A stretch of 64,000 nucleotides of DNA from Candidatus Aminicenantes bacterium (GTDB lineage Bacteria > Acidobacteriota > Aminicenantia > Aminicenantales > UBA8522). Each line of letters begins with the position of its first letter. Position 1 is the first letter of the stretch. Positions 1-8,541 of this stretch are shown piece by piece. The notes under the pieces were generated by a model that worked only from the letters and a program-made list of their open reading frames with translations, was not told the origin of the DNA and searched no databases. The position numbers were made by a program, and so were the translations under genes. The stretch is taken from assembly GCA_017886205.1 (NCBI GenBank), contig JAFNEO010000040.1, positions 57,346 through 121,345 on the forward strand, read 5' to 3'.

Positions 1-677
1 TCGAAGACCTGGCAGCGGTCGCCCATCCGGACCCGGTCCGTCCAGAAGGCCTCGACCGAAAGGCGGACCCAGAGGTCCGCTGACCCCAGTATGATTTTTG
101 AGGTATCGTCCGTGGTCAACGATTCGCCGAGCCGGACATCGAATTTATAGATGAGGCCGTCGATCGGGGATCGCAGCTCGAGCTGTCCCAGCTGGGCTTT
201 GACCAGGTCGACTTCCTTTTCGGCCAGGGCCAGGTTGCTCATGTCCAGCTCGACCTGAAGCTTGGCCTGGGTAAAGGCGTACTCCGTGTCGGCGTTCTTG
301 GCGTAGAGGCTCTCCTTCCTTTTCAGGATGTCGCGGCTGATGGCCAGCGCCCCGCGGATAGACTCCACTTTGGCCTGGGCGACCTGGAGTTGGGCCGCCT
401 CAACATCATTTTGGAGCAAGAGTAATGTCTGGCCTCTTTTGACGGCATCGCCCTCCCGGACATTGACCCTGACGACCTTCCTGGTCACTGACGGAGAGAC
501 GAAAACTTCCCGGCCCGCCGGCTCGATCTTGCCATAAACCCTGGCCGGCGCCCTGCCGAGATCGGGAGGCTGGGCGACTGCAGCCGGCGGAGAAGACCGG
601 GTCAAGGTCCGAACGATGAAGACAATTCCGGCGATGACGATGGCCGAATAAAAGACGATCCTGATGATTTTTTTCAT
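1..677 (-). CDS. HlyD/RND-type efflux periplasmic adaptor subunit (runs off window start)
   Basis: ATG at 677 overlaps the ABC ATPase stop (ATGA); reads MKKIIRIVFYSAIVIAGIVF..., with lipoyl-like VREGDAVKRGQ and LRSPIDG segments and a coiled coil. Confidence 0.8.
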   Translation of the reverse strand, partial: MKKIIRIVFYSAIVIAGIVFIVRTLTRSSPPAAVAQPPDLGRAPARVYGKIEPAGREVFVSPSVTRKVVRVNVREGDAVKRGQTLLLLQNDVEAAQLQVAQAKVESIRGALAISRDILKRKESLYAKNADTEYAFTQAKLQVELDMSNLALAEKEVDLVKAQLGQLELRSPIDGLIYKFDVRLGESLTTDDTSKIILGSADLWVRLSVEAFWTDRVRMGDRCQVF

Positions 678-1429
678 GAGGTTGGCACTCCTTGTCTGCC
701 CTGCCTCGAATCGTAGATGACCGCGCCGTCCTCGATCTTCACCAGCCGGTCGGCAAAGGGGAAGACGCGGGGATCGTGAGTGACCAGCACAACCGCGCGC
801 GTGGGTTCCAGGGAGAGTCTTTTCAGAGTGTCGAGGACGATGGCGCTGCTCTCCGCGTCCAGGGCGGAGGTGGGCTCGTCGCACAGAAGAAGCGGCGGGT
901 CGTTGATCAGGGCCCGGACGATAGACACGCGTTGCTGCTGTCCTAAGGAAAGCTGCTGGGGCATGGCGTCGACATAGTCTCTGAGCCCCAGCATCTCGAG
1001 CAGCTCTCTGGCTCTGGCCTTGACCGCTCTCGGGACAGAACGTCCCTGGATGGCGGACGGGAGCAGGATATTATCGATGACGGTCAGGGCAGGGACGAGA
1101 ACGGACTGCTGGAACACGAACCCGATCTTCTGCATGCGCAGCGTGGCCAGGCGGTTGGAGGAAAAGCGCGTGACCTCCCGGCCCTGGATGAAGATCCGGC
1201 CCTCGGAGGGCTGAAGCAGAAAACCCATGATGGTGAGGAGCGTGGTCTTGCCGCTCCCCGACGGACCGGCGATGATCGTTAGCTCGCCGGCGAATATCTC
1301 CAGGTCGAGCTTCTTGAGAACGCGCCGCAAAACCTTCCCATCGAAAAAATCCCGGGCGATCCCCTCCAATTGGATCGGAGGGGCGCTCTCCGCTGCCTTT
1401 ATCCTCTGTTCAACGATTTCAGAGATCAA
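674..1429 (-). CDS. ABC transporter ATP-binding protein (LolD/MacB-like)
   Basis: Walker A GPSGSGKTT, signature LSLGQQQR, Walker B LLLCDEPT, H-loop VTHD; TTG start at 1429 after AAGGA chosen (ORF extends to 1510). Confidence 0.9.
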   Translation of the reverse strand: MISEIVEQRIKAAESAPPIQLEGIARDFFDGKVLRRVLKKLDLEIFAGELTIIAGPSGSGKTTLLTIMGFLLQPSEGRIFIQGREVTRFSSNRLATLRMQKIGFVFQQSVLVPALTVIDNILLPSAIQGRSVPRAVKARARELLEMLGLRDYVDAMPQQLSLGQQQRVSIVRALINDPPLLLCDEPTSALDAESSAIVLDTLKRLSLEPTRAVVLVTHDPRVFPFADRLVKIEDGAVIYDSRQGRQGVPTS

Positions 1430-1440
1430 AGGGGAATTCC

Positions 1441-2562
1441 TTAGCGGAAGACCGACGCCGGTTCGACCTTCACGGCTTTGCGCATGGCCTGGGTGGAGCC
1501 CAGCAGGCAAAGGACAAGAGTTATCGCGGCGTGGAGCGGAGGAAACCAGAGAGGCATATTCGTCGGAAGCTGGCCGTTGCGCGTCCCGGCGATGAACCCG
1601 GCCAGGAACAGGAAGCCAACGAAAACGCCGATGAGTCCGACGATCAAGGCCTGCCAGAAGACGACGACGAGGATGTCCCTTTTGCGGGCGCCTATCGCCT
1701 GAAGCACTGCGTAATCCCGCCGGTGGTTGAGGACGCTCGTGTACATGGTCAGTGTGATGATGACGACGCCGACCAGGGCGCCGATGATCACGGAAAACCC
1801 GAAACTGCTCCCGATCCCCGTGTTCAGAATATAGAACAGGCGTGTCGAGGCCGCGAGCTGTGGTGATGTCAGGACGGCAGTTCTTGGCAGGAGCGTCCGG
1901 ATAGCCGAGGCGACGGCCGACACCTCGGCTTCAGGCCTGACTTTGAGGATGATATGGCTGCAGCGGCCGGGCGGAAGTCCCGAGACTTCCCGCGCTTTCT
2001 CGATGTTGGTGAAGATGATGGTCCCCCCGAAACCCCGGATGTTCCGCGTGATCGCGCTGATCCGAATGCGCCGGCCGCTGACCTCATAGAACTCAAGGAG
2101 CCCCGGATACCCAAGGACCTTGAGGTCGAGGCTGTCGACCGTAGCACCCTCGGAGTCGAGCAGGACTTGAAGTGATCCCTCGTCGAACCTCCAGGGGCCG
2201 TTTTCTAGGCGGGGACGGGGCAGCCCGACCATCTGGACGGGCTGGTATTTTCCCTCCCGGCTGCGAAACGATCCTCCGCCCAGGATCAGTGGCTCTACCC
2301 ATTCAACCTCGCGAAGGCCGGCGATCCGGTCCACATAGCGCACCGGGAGCGAACCCGAGGAGTTGACCTCGTCGACATCCTTGGTCAGGACCCATATATC
2401 AGCCCCGCTGTGGTCCACGAGCACTGACATATAAGTAAACAGGCCGAACATGATGGCCAGCTGCTGACCGACGAGAAACACGATAGCGACGACTCCCAGG
2501 ACGGAGCCGGCTGTTGTCGAGCGGTCGTGCGTGAGGATCCTGAATCCGGTCTTTCTACGCAT
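1441..2562 (-). CDS. ABC transporter permease (FtsX/MacB/DevC-like)
   Basis: N-terminal TM helix, periplasmic domain, three C-terminal TM helices, YAVLQAIGA motif, ends EPASVFR. Confidence 0.85.
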   Translation of the reverse strand: MRRKTGFRILTHDRSTTAGSVLGVVAIVFLVGQQLAIMFGLFTYMSVLVDHSGADIWVLTKDVDEVNSSGSLPVRYVDRIAGLREVEWVEPLILGGGSFRSREGKYQPVQMVGLPRPRLENGPWRFDEGSLQVLLDSEGATVDSLDLKVLGYPGLLEFYEVSGRRIRISAITRNIRGFGGTIIFTNIEKAREVSGLPPGRCSHIILKVRPEAEVSAVASAIRTLLPRTAVLTSPQLAASTRLFYILNTGIGSSFGFSVIIGALVGVVIITLTMYTSVLNHRRDYAVLQAIGARKRDILVVVFWQALIVGLIGVFVGFLFLAGFIAGTRNGQLPTNMPLWFPPLHAAITLVLCLLGSTQAMRKAVKVEPASVFR

Positions 2563-3619
2563 AGGCTTTCACGCGGTTCAGAGCGATGCGCCGGCCATCC
2601 TCGATCCCGGCGGCGATCCCGGCCCCCAAGGGGGCCAGGATTGTTCTTGCCTTTAGCGCCGCCGCTCCACCCAGGATGATCGGGATATCAGGAGTCCTTT
2701 CCCTGAGGCCTAAAATCAGTGAGCGCGCGGCGGGCAGGTGAGAGATCTGGCTCACAGAAAGGAAAACGACGTCCGGCCGGACGCTCATAACGGTCTCGAG
2801 AAGGTCCAGGTGAGGAGCTCCCCGGCCGATGAAGGCGACCGACCAGCCCTCGCTGGCCAGCAGATTGGACATCAGATCGATCCCGATGTCGTGTTCGTCG
2901 CCCGGCACGCACGCCAGGACTGCAGAAAAGGAAACAGCCTTCTTTCGGGGCAGGCTGTCGAAAATTCGATAAATGACGTAGCGGGTGATCTCGGTCGCGA
3001 GGTGCTCGGCGGCGGCGCTGATCTTGTTCCTCTCCCAGAAGACCCCGACCTGGCGCAGGGCCGGCATGAGGAGGCTGTCCGCGACTCTTGCCGGCGGAAA
3101 CCCGAGCTCGAGAAAGGTGAGGCCGAATTCAGCCGCCTCTCTTCGTTTATTCCTGAGGGCCAAATCGAAATACCTTTGCACATCTTCGGACGGCTTCTCA
3201 TCTTCATCGAGAGAAGGTCCAGGCAATCGCAGAACCAAATCCCGCGCCCGGATGAGCGGCCGGGAGAGTTCATCCGCCTCGGGAGGCTTGACCATTCCAT
3301 GGGTTGCGATCGTCCAGGCCTCCAAAATCCTCTCTCCCCATGCCTTTCCCAGGCCCCGGCTTTCCAGGACAGAGATGAGCCAGGACATCTCCTCCACCAG
3401 ATACTCAAACAGGCCAAATGAATAAACGGCCTTAAGGGTTTCGCCGAATCGCCTGTGGCAGTCCTCGAGCAGATCCTGCTGCCGGCGATCGAGTTTGCCG
3501 GTCTCCTTGCCTAGCTCCAAGCCGAGCCTCTCTTGGACCAGGGCCAGAATCCGCGGATAGAGCTTATCGAAAGCAGCCAGGGCCTGAGGGGTCAGCGGCT
3601 CGAAATCCATGACCTCCAT
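2555..3619 (-). CDS. Cobalamin-binding domain protein with N-terminal helical domain
   Basis: W-x9-EH (WERNKISAAAEH), GDEHDIG His ligand, FLSVS and ILGG Rossmann motifs. Confidence 0.8.
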   Translation of the reverse strand: MEVMDFEPLTPQALAAFDKLYPRILALVQERLGLELGKETGKLDRRQQDLLEDCHRRFGETLKAVYSFGLFEYLVEEMSWLISVLESRGLGKAWGERILEAWTIATHGMVKPPEADELSRPLIRARDLVLRLPGPSLDEDEKPSEDVQRYFDLALRNKRREAAEFGLTFLELGFPPARVADSLLMPALRQVGVFWERNKISAAAEHLATEITRYVIYRIFDSLPRKKAVSFSAVLACVPGDEHDIGIDLMSNLLASEGWSVAFIGRGAPHLDLLETVMSVRPDVVFLSVSQISHLPAARSLILGLRERTPDIPIILGGAAALKARTILAPLGAGIAAGIEDGRRIALNRVKAYA

Positions 3620-3710
3620 TTTAGCAAAGCAGGGACCTTCTTTGAATAGACCAGGGAGACTTTATTTCGGCCGGAAAATGTGGCTAAATAAGGCTCAAAA
3701 AGGAGAAACC

Positions 3711-5804
3711 ATGATGATGAATGTTCGAATAAGATGGGTATTCACAGCGACATCACTTCTTTTCCTCCTATCAAGCGCCCGCTCCATCCTCGGCGATACG
3801 CCGAAGTTCCCAACAGTCCTTTACGGCGCGTCCTATTATCACGAGTATATGCCGTACGAAAGGCTGGAAAAGGACGTCGAGCTTATGGAAAAGGCGGGCA
3901 TCTCATTCGCCAGAGTGGGGGAATCCACTTGGGGTTTACTCGAGCCTCGGGACGGCGAGTTCGACTTCGCCTGGCTGGAACGGGTGATCGACCGCTTGCA
4001 CAAGGCGGGAATCAAGGTCATCCTCGGAACGCCGACCTATTCCATCCCAGCCTGGCTCTTCAAGAAGCACCCTGAGATCCAGGTCAAGCAGATCAACCAG
4101 CCCCGCTACACCTACGGGCTGCGCCAGATGACCGACCTGACTCATCCGACCTACAGGTTTTATGCCGAGCGGATCATCCGCAACGTGGTGGGGCATTTCA
4201 AGGACCATCCGGCCATCATCGGCTACCAGCTCGACAACGAGACCCACGCCTCGGGCACGGCGGACGCCCATGTTCAGTCGCTTTTTCGCGAGCACGTCAA
4301 GAAAAAGTTCAAGACCGCGGCGGAACTCAACAAGGCCTGGGGGCTGAATTACTGGGGACAAAATATCGCCGATTTCGACGAGTTGCCGCCGCGTGACGGC
4401 ATCCTCAACCCAGGCTACAAGCTCGAATGGGAAAGGTTCCAGCAGAATATTATCGCCGATTTCCTGGCCTGGCAGGCGGCGATCGTCAGGGAAATCAAGC
4501 GGCCCGACCAGTTTATCAGCCATGACTTTGTCGGGGGATTCCCGTCCGACGTCGATCAATACGAAACCGCTAAAGCTCTCGACATCCCGGCGGTGAATAT
4601 CTATATGGGACTCCAGGACCAGATGGACGGAGAGTTCATCGCCTATTGTGGAGATATCAACCGGTCGCTAAAGCAAGGGAACTACCTGGTGACCGAAACA
4701 ACGGCCCAGACAATAGGCTGGGACTCCAAGTCTCAGATCCCGCCTTATCCTGGGCAGCTCCGGCTCGCGGTCTATAGCAATATCGCATCGGGCGCCAACC
4801 TCGTGGCCTACTGGCACTGGCATTCGCTCCATTACGGCCAGGAAACCTACTGGAAAGGCGTCCTGGCGCATGACCTGGAGCCGGGAAGGGTTTATGATGA
4901 GGTGACAGAGATCGCCCGGGAGCTGAGGAAGTTCGGGCCGGAGCTGGCGAACCTCGAGAAGAAAAACAGGGTGGCAATTCTCTACAGCTTGGACTCCTGG
5001 CACGGACTAAATTTCATGCCTTTTGACGAGACGGTCAGCTACATGACCGTCCTGAACCAGCTCTATCGGGTCCTCTACAACCTCCATGTCGAGGTCGATT
5101 TTGTGTTCCCGCAGAGCCTGAACTTATCCGACTACCAACTCATCGTCGTGCCGCCGCTCTATATCGCGAGCGATGAGCTGCTCGATCGGCTGGCCGGCTA
5201 TGTCCGGGATGGTGGCCATCTCCTGGTGAGTTTTAAAAGCGGTTTTTGCAACGAGAATTCGACGGTAAGATGGACGATGGCGCCCGGGCCCCTGCGGGAG
5301 GCCGCGGGGTTCTATTATCAGGAATTCACTAACCTCAGATCGCCTCTTAAGCTCAAAGGCGATCCCTATGGAGTGGGGGAGGAGAACAAGGTCTCGGTCT
5401 GGGAGGAATACCTGATTCCGGAAAAAGCGAAAGCCCTGGCCTATTACGACCATCCTATCTTTGGACAATATCCCGCCATCATGCGGAATTCCTATGGGAA
5501 GGGAACGGTGACCTATGAGGGGACTTATCTTTCGGACAAGCTCCAGCAGAAAGTCGTCCTCGAGGCTCTGAACATCGCCGGAGTGGCGATAACAGATTCA
5601 ACGCTCCCCGCCGCCGTCAAAGCAAAGCATGGGGCCGTTCAGGACGGGAAGGCGGTCCACTTCTATTTCAATTTCTCTGCCAAGCCGCAGGAGTTCGTCT
5701 ATGTTTATGCGGATGGAACAGAGATGCTCTCCGGCAAGCCTACGGCAAAGTCCCAGAAGATGAATCTTTCGGCTTGGGACTTGGTGATTATCAGGGAAAA
5801 ATAG
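3711..5804 (+). CDS. Beta-galactosidase, GH42 family, with signal peptide
   Basis: YGASYYHEY, RVGESTWGLLEP, YQLDNE acid/base motif, C-terminal trimerisation domain; RBS AGGAG. Confidence 0.9.
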   Translation: MMMNVRIRWVFTATSLLFLLSSARSILGDTPKFPTVLYGASYYHEYMPYERLEKDVELMEKAGISFARVGESTWGLLEPRDGEFDFAWLERVIDRLHKAGIKVILGTPTYSIPAWLFKKHPEIQVKQINQPRYTYGLRQMTDLTHPTYRFYAERIIRNVVGHFKDHPAIIGYQLDNETHASGTADAHVQSLFREHVKKKFKTAAELNKAWGLNYWGQNIADFDELPPRDGILNPGYKLEWERFQQNIIADFLAWQAAIVREIKRPDQFISHDFVGGFPSDVDQYETAKALDIPAVNIYMGLQDQMDGEFIAYCGDINRSLKQGNYLVTETTAQTIGWDSKSQIPPYPGQLRLAVYSNIASGANLVAYWHWHSLHYGQETYWKGVLAHDLEPGRVYDEVTEIARELRKFGPELANLEKKNRVAILYSLDSWHGLNFMPFDETVSYMTVLNQLYRVLYNLHVEVDFVFPQSLNLSDYQLIVVPPLYIASDELLDRLAGYVRDGGHLLVSFKSGFCNENSTVRWTMAPGPLREAAGFYYQEFTNLRSPLKLKGDPYGVGEENKVSVWEEYLIPEKAKALAYYDHPIFGQYPAIMRNSYGKGTVTYEGTYLSDKLQQKVVLEALNIAGVAITDSTLPAAVKAKHGAVQDGKAVHFYFNFSAKPQEFVYVYADGTEMLSGKPTAKSQKMNLSAWDLVIIREK

Positions 5805-6018
5805 GTTCTATTTTTCTTCGTCGACGATTCTATCACCCGGGATATCTTCTTCAATCGACTCGTCTTCAGGGTAGAGAAGCCTCGTCCCGCACTTGGTACA
5901 GAGCTCGCTCTTTTCATCGATAATCGCTTGGCAATAAGGACATTTTTTCAGCGCCATACTTATATATTACTCTTCCTGGGCTCGATTTCCTAGGCCCCCA
6001 GATTAGAGATGGGGGCGG

Positions 6019-7428
6019 CTATTTGTTTTCCGCAGGGGTCCTTTGTTCGAATTTTTTCAGGGCATCGGCGGCGGCCTTGCCGAAGCCCTCCGAAACCGTA
6101 GGATGGTTGTAGACCATGTCCCTGATGTCCTCGACCCGGGCGCCGAGCTTGACCGCCAGCGCGGCGAAGTGGATGATCTCAGAGGCATCCTGGCCGGCGA
6201 CGTGGGCGCCGACGAGGCGGCGCGTCCCGCCGTCGAAGATGAGCTTGAAGAATCCGGTGACGTTCGCGTCGAGGCAGGAGCGGACGAGGTCGTTGTAGCC
6301 GCACTGGCCGATGACGATCTCGCCTCCCCCGGTTCGGGCCCACTCCTCGGTCAGGCCGACCGAACCGACCTCGGGGTCGGTATAGATACCCCAGGGAGCG
6401 CAGGTGTAATCCATTTTGACGTCTTGTCCCATGGCGTTCTCAGCCGCAATCCGGGCTTCGACGACGGCCATGGACGAGAGCATGAACCTCGCCAGGACAT
6501 CGCCAGCGGCATAGATGCCTGGCACGGAGGTCTGCATGCACTCGCTAACCTGAATCTCTCCCCGGGGTCCGGCCGGGATGCCGGCCGCCGCGAGGTTGAG
6601 CGCTTCCGTGTTCGGCCGGCGCCCCACGCTGACCATGATCCGGTCGGACTCAAACTCCTCGCCGCCGGTGAGAAGCGCTCGGACGCTCCCTTCGTCGGTG
6701 GTCTCGACTCGCTCGAGGCCGGTCCGGACGAGGAGCCGGATGCCCCGCTTTTTAAACTCCCGGGTGATCAGGGCGGCGACATCGTGGTCCTGGCCGAGCA
6801 GGGCCCGCTCCGCTTTCTCGACTACGACGACCTCGGAGCCAAGGGACCGGAAGATGAAGGCCATCTCGCAACCGATGACCCCGGCCCCGACGATGAGCAA
6901 GCGGCCGGGGACGGCATCCAAAGCCGTCAGGTCGTCCGGAGAGAGGATACTTCGGCGGTCAAAGGGAATTCCGGGGAGGGCGATGGGCCGCGAGCCCGTG
7001 GCGATAATCGTCCTGGGAGCAGCAAGCTCGCGGACCGTGCCGTCGGGGAGACGGACCTCGAGCGTCCGCGGCCCCTTGAACGAGGCCGTCCCCGTCAGGG
7101 TCTCGATGGAGTTCTTGCGGATCAGGGTGGCCAGGACGCCGAGCTCGCAAAGCGTTGTCTTGTGCCGACTGTCGAGGATTTTTCCGAAGTCGGCCCTGGC
7201 GCCTTCGACGACGGGGACGCCATAGCGCTTGCCCTTCTTCAGGTCCTCCAGGAAATGGGCCGCGTTGCTCAGGATCTTGCTGGGCAGGGTCCCCGTCTGG
7301 ACGCAGCCGCCGCCGAGCTCGGGCTCGCGGTTAAGCATGCAGACTTTGGCCCCGAGCTGGGTGCCCCGAAGGGAGGCGGAGATGCCCGCCTCGCCGCCGC
7401 CGATGACGATGAGGTCGTGTTCGTTCAT
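6019..7428 (-). CDS. Pyridine nucleotide-disulfide oxidoreductase (dihydrolipoamide dehydrogenase/soluble transhydrogenase-like)
   Basis: GGGEAG FAD site, GGGCVQTGTLPSK, GAGVIG NAD site, IYAAGD, HPTVSE. Confidence 0.85.
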   Translation of the reverse strand: MNEHDLIVIGGGEAGISASLRGTQLGAKVCMLNREPELGGGCVQTGTLPSKILSNAAHFLEDLKKGKRYGVPVVEGARADFGKILDSRHKTTLCELGVLATLIRKNSIETLTGTASFKGPRTLEVRLPDGTVRELAAPRTIIATGSRPIALPGIPFDRRSILSPDDLTALDAVPGRLLIVGAGVIGCEMAFIFRSLGSEVVVVEKAERALLGQDHDVAALITREFKKRGIRLLVRTGLERVETTDEGSVRALLTGGEEFESDRIMVSVGRRPNTEALNLAAAGIPAGPRGEIQVSECMQTSVPGIYAAGDVLARFMLSSMAVVEARIAAENAMGQDVKMDYTCAPWGIYTDPEVGSVGLTEEWARTGGGEIVIGQCGYNDLVRSCLDANVTGFFKLIFDGGTRRLVGAHVAGQDASEIIHFAALAVKLGARVEDIRDMVYNHPTVSEGFGKAAADALKKFEQRTPAENK

Positions 7429-7788
7429 GTCTTTCCCTTTCTCAAGTTATCATGAGGGCAGCGCAAAGGCAAACACGGGACTTCGAGAGCGCCCGATATT
7501 CAATTTGGTGACAGGCACAAAATTCAAGAGAATTTCGAGCCTGTCACCGAATTTAATTAACGCCGTTCTTAATGTGCTATCCAAGAAAAGCTTACTATGA
7601 GGTTGGTTTGACTATAACCCGACTAATTGCTATTATTTCCGCCGGCAAATTCAAACTTTTGGATTGGGGATATAGTGGGCCCTACAAAGAGGGATAGCGC
7701 TTCTCAAAGAAAAGAGAAGAAATCTCCCCCAGAAGGCTGGCTGCATCGGCACAAGACACTCGGTAAATCCGGCAAAGGGGGGTTTTTC

Positions 7789-8367
7789 ATGTCTCTGAAG
7801 TGGGTTGTACCATTTCTTTGCATCTTCTTGGCGTTTGACTGCGAAAAAAGGGGTTCGCTTGACCTGGACTATAACACCTTTGACCAGAGTCCCGGCACCG
7901 GGTGGCGGCAGCTGGCCGCCGATGGCCGCTTCCTCGATGCCGCCAACTTGATTGACAAGTACATTGAGAAGCACAGGGACCTGGACGAGTCGCAAATGAC
8001 GATTCTCCACTTTCATGCCGGGCAGATGTATGCCTTTGCCGACGACTACGAGACGGCCATCGAGCGTTTCGGCATGTCAACCTACCCCGAAGAGCCCCCC
8101 GATCTTCCTCTTCGCTGGAATGCTTACGTGCAGGCTACGATCGCATTTCTCAGCAAGGACCTGAAACGGCTCAAGGAGTGCCGCGAGGAGATAGTCGAGG
8201 GACCGACCGTCCAGGGGGAAAAGGCGAACCTGGACGTCGTGGATAGATTGATTGAACACTTCGACGAACCGTACTCCAAAGCCTATGGAGCCCGCCGAGG
8301 TCAAAACCCTCAGCCAAAGCCGCAAGCAAGCCAGCCTACCGGATCCGTAAGGTCGTCTGCACGCTGA
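7789..8367 (+). CDS. Hypothetical exported/lipoprotein, TPR-like
   Basis: Signal-like N-terminus ending in Cys (MSLKWVVPFLCIFLAFDC), helical body. Confidence 0.6.
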   Translation: MSLKWVVPFLCIFLAFDCEKRGSLDLDYNTFDQSPGTGWRQLAADGRFLDAANLIDKYIEKHRDLDESQMTILHFHAGQMYAFADDYETAIERFGMSTYPEEPPDLPLRWNAYVQATIAFLSKDLKRLKECREEIVEGPTVQGEKANLDVVDRLIEHFDEPYSKAYGARRGQNPQPKPQASQPTGSVRSSAR

Positions 8368-8541
8368 TAAGGACCGTCGAGCCGAGAGGCGAATACAAAT
8401 TCGGACCGGACGCCCGTCTTACCGTGGAAGGGCGCACGGCGGTTTGGATGTTCGGCAAGGACTGACGGCGTTCTGTAGCAATCCGGTTGACTCTTGTTCG
8501 TTTGCTTGATATTCTTTTCCCAAGGAGATAAGGGGAAGGCT

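Noticed and set aside
6043-7455. Long antisense ORFs (also 60780-62450, 37970-39154, 20978-21985)
   Set aside because: Shadow frames of well-supported genes in GC-rich DNA, with no motifs.
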